NCBI GenBank assembly: GCA_012270305.1
Contig: JAAXIO010000050.1
Location: 9,078 to 33,077, forward strand
Reading direction: 5' to 3'
Origin: Candidatus Saccharimonadota bacterium
GTDB lineage: Bacteria; Patescibacteriota; Saccharimonadia; Saccharimonadales; Saccharimonadaceae
Length of the DNA stretch: 24,000 bases
Part shown: positions 7,783-13,554 of the stretch, piece after piece
Position numbering within the stretch: the first letter of the stretch is position 1
How the letters are laid out: every line of letters starts with the position of its first letter
Made by a program: the position numbers and the translations under genes
The notes under the pieces: generated by a model
Seen by the model: the letters and a program-made list of their open reading frames with translations, nothing else
Database searches by the model: none
Told to the model about the DNA's origin: nothing

Positions 7783-8922
7783 ATGCTTATTATACTCTTG
7801 CTATCGCTAGCCTCCATTGCCACATTTTTGTTATTAATACGGACTGTATGGGCTATCAGGTACTACAAAGATAAAACTGTAACAAGCAGTAGCCAAAACC
7901 AAAATTTACCAACTGTATCGGTTTGTATTGCAGCCAGAAACGAAATGCACGCATTAGCTCACTGCCTTGAAGCAGTGTTGGCGAGCGACTATCCAAAGTT
8001 AGAAATATTAGTGTTAGATGACAGTATTGAAGACAAGACGCCCCTTATTATAAAATCGTTTGCTCAAGCTGGCATACGGTTTATAGCGGGCTCCGCTTTG
8101 CCCGATGGTTGGCTGGGTAAAAATCACGCCTATCAAACACTGTTAGCGGAATCGAGCGGAGAGCTGGTGTTATATATCGATGTTGACACCACACTCTCGG
8201 TGAGCTCAATTAGCCGGGTCGTCGACATTCTCCTATCGTCGAACGTTGACATGGTGTCGGTACTACCGCAACGTACTGACGGATATAGGTCAAGCTCACT
8301 TTTCGGCACTCTTCGCTACTATTTGGAATTATTGCTAGGTACGCATGCAAAACCACCGGCGGCAAGTGCATTTTGGATGGCACGTCGTAGCACAATAGAG
8401 TCTGTCGACTTTACGTTTAAAAATTATGCATTGTCGGTTCGCCCCGAGCGACACTTGGCAAAACAGTTGCAACATCTTGGAAGGTATAAATACCTGCTGA
8501 GTGCTACAGCCATCGGGGTTGGTTACGAAAAACAGATTCATTCGCAATACGAAACCGCTCAACGGCTGTATTATCCAATAGTCGGTAGAAGTATCGCTGG
8601 TTGGCTGATAGCCACAGTTCTGTTGTTGGTACTTTTGTGGCCATATGTAGTACTACTAGTGCCCGGCGTGTCTACTGAAGTAGCGATGTGGGCCCTGGTT
8701 ACTAGCTTGGGTATATTTGTTTCGCTGGCGATATTCAATACAGCAACGTGTGGACGGCATGTGTGGGTAATACGCACGGTATTTACTCCCCTATTACTTA
8801 TACAAGAACTCATTCTGATGCAGGTTAGCTTCGTTCAATATGCACTAGGCAGGGTCACCTGGAAGGGGCGTATCGTGACTGCAAACACGAAACGCCATGA
8901 GGCGATATCTATCGATGAATAA
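7783..8922 (+). CDS. Membrane-anchored family 2 glycosyltransferase
   Basis: It has an N-terminal TM, then VSVCIAARNE..LEILVLDDSIEDKT..YIDVDT (GT-A DxD-type), and multiple C-terminal TMs. Confidence 0.75.
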   Translation: MLIILLLSLASIATFLLLIRTVWAIRYYKDKTVTSSSQNQNLPTVSVCIAARNEMHALAHCLEAVLASDYPKLEILVLDDSIEDKTPLIIKSFAQAGIRFIAGSALPDGWLGKNHAYQTLLAESSGELVLYIDVDTTLSVSSISRVVDILLSSNVDMVSVLPQRTDGYRSSSLFGTLRYYLELLLGTHAKPPAASAFWMARRSTIESVDFTFKNYALSVRPERHLAKQLQHLGRYKYLLSATAIGVGYEKQIHSQYETAQRLYYPIVGRSIAGWLIATVLLLVLLWPYVVLLVPGVSTEVAMWALVTSLGIFVSLAIFNTATCGRHVWVIRTVFTPLLLIQELILMQVSFVQYALGRVTWKGRIVTANTKRHEAISIDE

Positions 8923-8930
8923 GTAACTAT

Positions 8931-10022
8931 CTAAGAATCTACCGCACACGGTAGTGTAAAGCTGAACGTAGAGCCGTGATTTAGCCGACTCTTTAGTTCA
9001 ATAACGGTACCCATTTTTTTAGCGAGTTTTCTGGTTACGTATAGTCCTAGTCCGGTACCGCTTGTCTCGCGGGTTCTATAGTCCTCTGAGCGGTAGAATT
9101 TATTAAATACCTTGGCTTGATCACTTTTTGATATGCCAATACCGGTATCGATGACTTCAAACAGCAGCTGATTGTTATGTCGGTGAATACTGAGCGTAAC
9201 ACTACCCTCCTTTGTGTATTTCAACGAATTGGTGATGAAATTCTGCAGTAGTTCATGCAAGTAGAGTCTACTTACTAATACAGAGCCTAAGCGCGTGCCG
9301 AGTTTTAGGTTTAGGTGGAGGTCTGCTTTTTCTGCTTCTGGATGATAGTCGTTGTATAAGTCATGAGCTAGCGCAGTTACATCTATAAGTTCCGGTTCGG
9401 ACGCCACCCCACGCTCGGCGCGCGATAGAGTACTTAAATCGTTTACCATTTTTGCTAGGTATACAACTTGTTTGTGTGCCTCTTCTAGGTTTTGTTCTAA
9501 GGCTGCTATGTCTGATGAGTTTCGCTCTAGCATCACCTGTGCATTGCTAATTGTGCCTTCGGCAACAGTTACAGGTGTGCGCAGTTCGTGGCTCACCACA
9601 CTAATGAATTCATCACGTTCTTCCTCGAGGCTTTTAATGCGGGTGACGTCACGAGCAATGATTACGAAGCCCTTTTGATTAGAGCTCGGGTTGGCGGCTG
9701 AAAAGCCGCTACGAATCGGAGCATAGGTAAATTCAAGTCGCATAATGTCGTCGCCGCTTCGCATACGCAGGGAATCGTTTACAGTAACTAGTTCGGCTTT
9801 TTTCACTTCGGAGAATAGATCAACAGGTTGCCCGTTTTCGTCTTCTAATGCAAATACTTCGCTCAGCTTCTTGCCATTTATGCCTGCATTTGTGTCGAGT
9901 AGGTTTAAGCCGGCTGCGTTGTATAAACGAATAACGCCCGATTCATCAACACTATATACTGCGTCTGCCAAATTATTAACGATGGTAAGTATTTCTTCGT
10001 GTTCGGTTGTTACTGGGCTCAT
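8931..10022 (-). CDS. Cytoplasmic sensor histidine kinase (PAS + HisKA + HATPase_c), with no cognate response regulator in the window
   Basis: H-box SHELRTPVT, an N-box-like region, and G-box GTGLGLYV. No TM segments. Confidence 0.85.
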   Translation of the reverse strand: MSPVTTEHEEILTIVNNLADAVYSVDESGVIRLYNAAGLNLLDTNAGINGKKLSEVFALEDENGQPVDLFSEVKKAELVTVNDSLRMRSGDDIMRLEFTYAPIRSGFSAANPSSNQKGFVIIARDVTRIKSLEEERDEFISVVSHELRTPVTVAEGTISNAQVMLERNSSDIAALEQNLEEAHKQVVYLAKMVNDLSTLSRAERGVASEPELIDVTALAHDLYNDYHPEAEKADLHLNLKLGTRLGSVLVSRLYLHELLQNFITNSLKYTKEGSVTLSIHRHNNQLLFEVIDTGIGISKSDQAKVFNKFYRSEDYRTRETSGTGLGLYVTRKLAKKMGTVIELKSRLNHGSTFSFTLPCAVDS

Positions 10023-10028
10023 AGGGTA

Positions 10029-10037
10029 ATTATAGCA
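10029..10037 (-). promoter_or_regulatory. Extended -10 box TGcTATAAT, 6 nt upstream of ATG 10022 (leaderless-type)
   Basis: Minus strand reads aaTGcTATAATtaccctATG. Confidence 0.5.
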
Positions 10038-10065
10038 TTAGCACAATCACATACCTGAGGCATAC

Positions 10066-10752
10066 TTAAATGTGTGGACTGTATTTCTTTAGCATTTTGC
10101 GGTGCTGCTTGTAGAGCGGGTCGCATACTGCAACTGTATTCCAAAACTCCTGCGAGTGATTCATATGTTTGGTATGCGACAACTCATGAATGATAACGTA
10201 GTCTATAAGCTCATACGGAAGATTCATTAGCGCAATGTTTAAGGTGATAGTTTTTTGGCTACTGCAGCTCCCCCACCGACTACTGGCGTGACTAAATTTG
10301 ATTGTGTTGTAGGAAAACCCGTACGTAGAAGCCGTGTGTGCCATGCGTGCTGGTAGGTGTTGCGATGCTTCGCGTCGAAGTACTTTAATTATTTGCGTAC
10401 GAACAAGCTGTAGAATGTCAGGTTTTTTCAGGTCACTCATATGAGCTGCGGTAACAATCACCTGATAGCCTATTCGCTTTACTGAGAACGTACGCCCTTC
10501 TCGAATATGAAGGGTGTGAGCCTTGCCGATACTCATGCCGTCAATCAATTTCAAAACTGGTCGTTGGCTAAATAATTCCCGAATGTCATTACGTGAAGTC
10601 GACACCATACGTTTAGCCATAAATATGGGTACATAGCTCGGTATAGAGATACGGAGATTACCCGAAGGTGCTACGCTCGCCTTCATAGACTTTGCTAGGC
10701 GTGACTTGCGTACGTCGACTGTGCCGAACTCCTTATCGATGAATGATGGCAC
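10066..10752 (-). CDS. YgjP/DUF45-family (M48-like) metal-dependent hydrolase
   Basis: Contains SSRWGSCS and the HExxH motif IIHELSHTKHMNH..FW, the characteristic DUF45 layout. Confidence 0.8.
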   Translation of the reverse strand: MPSFIDKEFGTVDVRKSRLAKSMKASVAPSGNLRISIPSYVPIFMAKRMVSTSRNDIRELFSQRPVLKLIDGMSIGKAHTLHIREGRTFSVKRIGYQVIVTAAHMSDLKKPDILQLVRTQIIKVLRREASQHLPARMAHTASTYGFSYNTIKFSHASSRWGSCSSQKTITLNIALMNLPYELIDYVIIHELSHTKHMNHSQEFWNTVAVCDPLYKQHRKMLKKYSPHI

Positions 10753-10766
10753 AGTTGGAAGTTACC

Positions 10767-11327
10767 CTAGCTTACAGTGATGTTGCCGCGGTGACGTGCA
10801 GGTACTACCCCTCGGCTTTCTGCTTTTGGTAGCGGGCGCCCATCACCTGATAACTTTTTCAATACAGTTTTTGCCTGAGTGGCAAATGTATGCTTTCCGC
10901 TAATCACTAAGGCCTGTTCTACGCCAGATGGTGCACTGAATCGCTTTACGTTATCTTCAAACTCTTCTTTTGTAGCAGATGTTTGTTTGCGCACGCGCCC
11001 CATGGCTGTATTAGTATCAGTCTGCACCCACACAAGGAGAACTTCGTAGCCTGCTTTTTTAACAAGCTGCGATAACTCAACTCTATCCGCTTTAGACCCA
11101 CTTGATTCTATAACAACGGTAGCTTTTGTTTTTAACACTTCTTTTAATACATGGTTTGTTATCGATTTAGAGGCTGATTCATCGTGAGCGAATGTAGCGA
11201 ACGCTGATTCATCAATAAATGGCGCCGAGAATGTATCGGCAAACTTTTCGGCAAAAAACGATTTACCACTCCCCTGTATACCTATCACCACGATGGCATG
11301 CGGTTTTTCTAACTGCAGTGATTTCAT
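10767..11327 (-). CDS. P-loop NTPase / small kinase-like ATP-binding protein (AAA_33-like)
   Basis: Walker A is VVIGIQGSGKSF near the N-terminus. At 186 aa the size fits nucleotide/polynucleotide-kinase-like folds. Confidence 0.6.
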   Translation of the reverse strand: MKSLQLEKPHAIVVIGIQGSGKSFFAEKFADTFSAPFIDESAFATFAHDESASKSITNHVLKEVLKTKATVVIESSGSKADRVELSQLVKKAGYEVLLVWVQTDTNTAMGRVRKQTSATKEEFEDNVKRFSAPSGVEQALVISGKHTFATQAKTVLKKLSGDGRPLPKAESRGVVPARHRGNITVS

Positions 11328-11336
11328 ATATAGCTA

Positions 11337-11345
11337 AGTATAGCA
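11337..11345 (-). promoter_or_regulatory. Extended -10 box TGcTATACT, 9 nt upstream of ATG 11327
   Basis: Minus strand reads ttTGcTATACTtagctatatATG. Confidence 0.4.
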
Positions 11346-11363
11346 AATAATCAGCCATAGGTG

Positions 11364-12113
11364 TTAGTAGTCGGAGTCGTTGCCAAGTTCGAGCAGTGTT
11401 TTTACTAACTCTTTTCGCCCTAAATGCGACGTGTCAATTTGATTATGTTGAGCAATTACATATCCTTGGATTAGTTGTTTGAGATAAATAGCATCTTTGC
11501 GCCAGAAATAATCAATTTCGTAGTGGTCTGTAGAATTCATAATGCGACTCGATATAGTTAAAGATCCAAAAATCGGCCCCGTACTGCAAGCCACGTTTAA
11601 TACGTCTTCAATCCGAATACTGATTACGCTTGATGTCCAGAAGAACGTACGTTTTGTGATAGTTACTTTTGTGCGGTCGATGGTAACTGAGTCTGGGAAT
11701 AGATTAATTGGCAAAATGACTGTTTGAGCACTAGCCAGCAACTGATGAGATTTGCGTACTAGTTTACGTAAACCTTCGCGCGGATCGAGTGTTTTCGCAT
11801 CGCGTTCACCTGCTTCGCGGTCGCTATCTTGTATGCGGGCTTTTTCTGCCCTTGATAGCACATCGTTGTCTGACACATCTTTTATAGCGATTTTACGCCG
11901 TGAACCCGAGTTTGCGGCGCGTCCGAACAGAATTTTGTCGGGGTGAAGTGCGCTTACGTCTTGTTTTAGAAACTCTTTGGTTACATCGTAGGTGCGTGTA
12001 GCTAGCCCACCCATTTTGCGGCTTTGTCGCATAAGCATTTCGTAAGGTGTTGCCTTTTTTGGGCCAAAGTCATCGGAGATTGTGCCTTGGGTCAGAGTTT
12101 TATCTTCTTCCAT
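11364..12113 (-). CDS. Hypothetical protein with a bacterial PH-like C-terminal region; start reassigned to ATG 12113
   Basis: A strong SD (GGAGG) lies 5 nt upstream of ATG 12113. The candidate -10 at 12138-12146 lies inside the track's longer ORF. The C-terminal segment VTIDRTKVTITKRTFFWTSSVISIRIEDV resembles bPH/YdbT-type domains. Confidence 0.5.
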   Translation of the reverse strand: MEEDKTLTQGTISDDFGPKKATPYEMLMRQSRKMGGLATRTYDVTKEFLKQDVSALHPDKILFGRAANSGSRRKIAIKDVSDNDVLSRAEKARIQDSDREAGERDAKTLDPREGLRKLVRKSHQLLASAQTVILPINLFPDSVTIDRTKVTITKRTFFWTSSVISIRIEDVLNVACSTGPIFGSLTISSRIMNSTDHYEIDYFWRKDAIYLKQLIQGYVIAQHNQIDTSHLGRKELVKTLLELGNDSDY

Positions 12114-12137
12114 ATGAGCCTCCGTATTTCTGTTTAC

Positions 12138-12146
12138 ATTGTAACA
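12138..12146 (-). promoter_or_regulatory. Extended -10 box TGtTACAAT for the 12113 gene
   Basis: Minus strand reads caTGtgTTACAAT, i.e. gTGtTACAATgtaaacag, followed by GGAGG and the ATG. Confidence 0.4.
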
Positions 12147-12215
12147 CATGTAGTGTCATGTACAACTAGCTTTCACCCGAGTATAGGTACCGATCCTGAA
12201 AAAATGCTGAAATAA

Positions 12216-12563
12216 TCAACTTTTTTTGATTGCTTGTTTTTTGTATAGGGTTTCGGATACAGTGCGACGGTCACGGCTATCGTGAATTGCATATACATCT
12301 ATTATGGTAAGAAATAAAATAAGGACTGTTATTGTGTAGGCGATCATTTCTTCGGCTGTTTTTGTTAAAAAGCTTTCGTTTTCAACGGTAATAGATACGA
12401 TGTTGTACCAAGTTGGGAAAAACTCAATCTTCTGAATGTGTCCGGCGTGTACGAGTAAATGAAATAACTCGTGTGCTACAAGACTCATCAATACTCCAAA
12501 AATTGTATACCAAATACGTATATCAATCAGATACTGAATAAACCTATGAGCATGCGCAACCAT
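12216..12563 (-). CDS. Small membrane protein with an HExxH motif (possible zincin-like, DUF3267-like)
   Basis: 115 aa with two or three hydrophobic segments and HELFHLLVH at the end of the first. Confidence 0.5.
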   Translation of the reverse strand: MVAHAHRFIQYLIDIRIWYTIFGVLMSLVAHELFHLLVHAGHIQKIEFFPTWYNIVSITVENESFLTKTAEEMIAYTITVLILFLTIIDVYAIHDSRDRRTVSETLYKKQAIKKS

Positions 12564-12569
12564 GAATGG

Positions 12570-12578
12570 ATAGTAACA
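12570..12578 (-). promoter_or_regulatory. Extended -10 box TGtTACTAT, 6 nt upstream of ATG 12563 (leaderless-type)
   Basis: Minus strand reads ttttTGtTACTATccattcATG. It overlaps the U-run of the upstream terminator. Confidence 0.35.
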
Positions 12579-12603
12579 AAAAAAGACTCACTGGGTAAGT
12601 CTT
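12576..12603 (-). terminator. Weak rho-independent terminator closing the ribozyme-containing transcript
   Basis: Minus strand reads AAGACU-uacccagug-AGUCUU-UUUUU, a 6-bp stem, 9-nt loop and U-run. Confidence 0.45.
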
Positions 12604-12665
12604 AATATCTCGATATGGCGGGGGCTCAAGGATGATTACCGAACCTGGTGTGGTGTAATATAGTT

Positions 12666-12720
12666 TTCGCTTTTCGTCCTTTCGGACTCATCAGCATGAA
12701 TACACATTCATGTAAGCGAA
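12666..12720 (-). ncRNA. Type III hammerhead self-cleaving ribozyme (complete core and three helices)
   Basis: Minus strand reads UUCGCUU-A|CAUGAAU-GUGU-AUUCAUG-CUGAUGA-GUCC-GAAA-GGAC-GAA-AAGCGAA. Stem III is 7 bp and open; the cleavage triplet UUA obeys NUH. Stem I is a 7-bp hairpin and stem II is 4 bp (G10.1-C11.1) with a GAAA loop. All invariant core nucleotides (C3-A9, G12-A14, A15.1-U16.1) are present. Confidence 0.88.
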
Positions 12721-12722
12721 TA

Positions 12723-12735
12723 TGACAAGCAGACA
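12723..12735. repeat. Left copy of a perfect 13-bp inverted repeat (TGACAAGCAGACA)
   Basis: It is the exact reverse complement of 13465-13477 and ends 2 nt from the hammerhead. Confidence 0.75.
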
Positions 12736-12823
12736 TGGAGTTAAGGAAAACATCACGGGGATCGTGAACCTAGGTTGTAACCCATATCCACTTGCCACAT
12801 TCGCCGTTCTGTACGAGACGACG

Positions 12824-13375
12824 TCAGTCGTCAGCCAGACCCACTTCGTTGGGGCCAGCACTGCGCGGCTGCGGTTCCCTCCGGTGCGGAGACTCACCGA
12901 TGAACGAGCTCTCGCTCTCCATCACGCCGCCCGGCTTGGTTATCTCGTCCTGACACAGCGCCACGATCCAGCGCAGCATGGTGCCAGCGATGGCCTCATC
13001 GAAGACTGCCTGAACACCGCTGAAAGCGACGATCAGTCCGTTCTCGATGACGGAGCCACCCCACTTGGTCATGCCGGGCCGGTAGAGGTGCGGAGCGTCC
13101 TGCTGAACCTTGCGGCTTGACAGTCCGGTCTCCCAGCTCACCTTCGCCTTCTCGACGGCGATGCGCTCATACTTCTCCTTGTCGGGGTGGTTCGGGTCGG
13201 CATCGGCGATGAAGATCATGTCGAACTCGCTACCCGGGTAGGTGTGCGGGAAGGCTACGACGATGGTGCCAGCGAACTTGTTGGTGACACCGTCCTCGTG
13301 AGCGGCATCAGCAGTGACGGAGACGATGTCCCACGCCTTCTTGCAGATCTTGGTGGTCAATCCGGTATAGGCCAT
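12824..13375 (-). CDS. GC-rich foreign-looking ORF (183 aa) with a possible GlcG/DUF336-like fold; start reassigned to ATG 13375
   Basis: SD AGGAAGAG lies 7 nt upstream of ATG 13375. The segments YERIAVEKAKVSWETGLSS and WGGSVIENGLIVAFSGVQAVFDEAIAG resemble the GlcG pattern (..KA.TA.. / GG.P...G..iGAiGVSG...De.iA). The C-terminal ~35 aa look disordered. Confidence 0.65.
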   Translation of the reverse strand: MAYTGLTTKICKKAWDIVSVTADAAHEDGVTNKFAGTIVVAFPHTYPGSEFDMIFIADADPNHPDKEKYERIAVEKAKVSWETGLSSRKVQQDAPHLYRPGMTKWGGSVIENGLIVAFSGVQAVFDEAIAGTMLRWIVALCQDEITKPGGVMESESSFIGESPHRREPQPRSAGPNEVGLADD

Positions 13376-13404
13376 GAGGCTACTCTTCCTAGTACTCAAC
13401 TGCA

Positions 13405-13457
13405 TAGCAGCGAGATGAAATGTTCCGCTTTGTGCCGAGCACTTAATCTCACTGCTA
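13405..13457 (-). promoter_or_regulatory. Stem-loop in the 5' leader of the GC-rich ORF
   Basis: UAGCAGUGAGAU pairs with AUCUCGCUGCUA over 12 contiguous pairs, one of them U.G. On the opposite strand that position would be an A.C mismatch. The stem encloses 29 nt containing the hairpin GUGC-ucg-GCAC. Confidence 0.4.
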
Positions 13458-13464
13458 ATTAGTT

Positions 13465-13477
13465 TGTCTGCTTGTCA
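13465..13477. repeat. Right copy of the perfect 13-bp inverted repeat (TGTCTGCTTGTCA)
   Basis: It is the exact reverse complement of 12723-12735. On the minus strand it reads uUGACAAGCAGACA, which contains TTGACA. Confidence 0.75.
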
Positions 13478-13524
13478 AAGTGCTTCGGAAACGAAGAATA
13501 CTCCCGCTTCAACGAAACAGGAGT

Positions 13525-13533
13525 ATTATAGCA
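13525..13533 (-). promoter_or_regulatory. Extended -10 box TGcTATAAT, 22 nt downstream of the tRNA-Trp 3' end
   Basis: Minus strand reads tttaTGcTATAATa. This is the same 14-mer as the rplA promoter. Confidence 0.45.
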
Positions 13534-13554
13534 TAAAATATGTAAATTGTCTAC

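Larger units (their letters stand above)
12723..13477 (-). mobile_element. Possible 755-bp IR-bounded cargo cassette (one GC-rich ORF, no transposase or integrase)
   Basis: 13-bp terminal inverted repeats enclose the compositionally foreign ORF and its leader, next to a tRNA gene. I found no clear target-site duplication. Confidence 0.3.

Noticed and set aside
5800-9518. Other CTGATGA heptamers at 5800-5806, 6626-6632 and 9512-9518 (plus strand)
   Set aside because: None is followed by a stem II hairpin plus GAAA, or flanked by stems I and III. All lie inside coding sequence or antisense to it, so they are chance occurrences and not additional hammerheads.
12604-12665. tRNA-like 3' end (GAGCCCCCG-CCA; plus strand TGGCGGGGGCTC) and GGUUCGG between the hammerhead and the terminator
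   Set aside because: I could not build a T-arm or acceptor stem, because the 17 nt upstream of the putative acceptor strand are not self-complementary. It also does not match the 3' end of tRNA-Trp, so it is neither a tRNA nor an att-type duplicate.
12650-12665. The 8-mer UAUAUUAC just 3' of the hammerhead, identical to part of loop B of the sTRSV hairpin ribozyme
   Set aside because: None of the other hairpin-ribozyme elements (AGAA loop A, CAGAGAAACA, helices 1-4) is present on either strand. An isolated 8-mer match is compatible with chance.
12722-13462. Plus-strand ORFs 12722..13120 (132 aa) and 13187..13462 (91 aa) opposite the GC-rich gene
   Set aside because: Long antisense ORFs are expected in GC-rich DNA. 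Their products are Arg/Ala/Pro/Leu-rich and low in information, and they have no SD. The minus-strand frame, in contrast, has an SD, a promoter box, strong G/C-ending (GC3) codon bias and a domain-like sequence.
12723-13477. Viroid/obelisk-like rod structure, or an integrated circular-RNA genome
   Set aside because: I checked the sequence immediately internal to the 13-bp repeats and complementarity stops there. There is no second ribozyme and no extended self-pairing, so a rod-like replicon is not supported.
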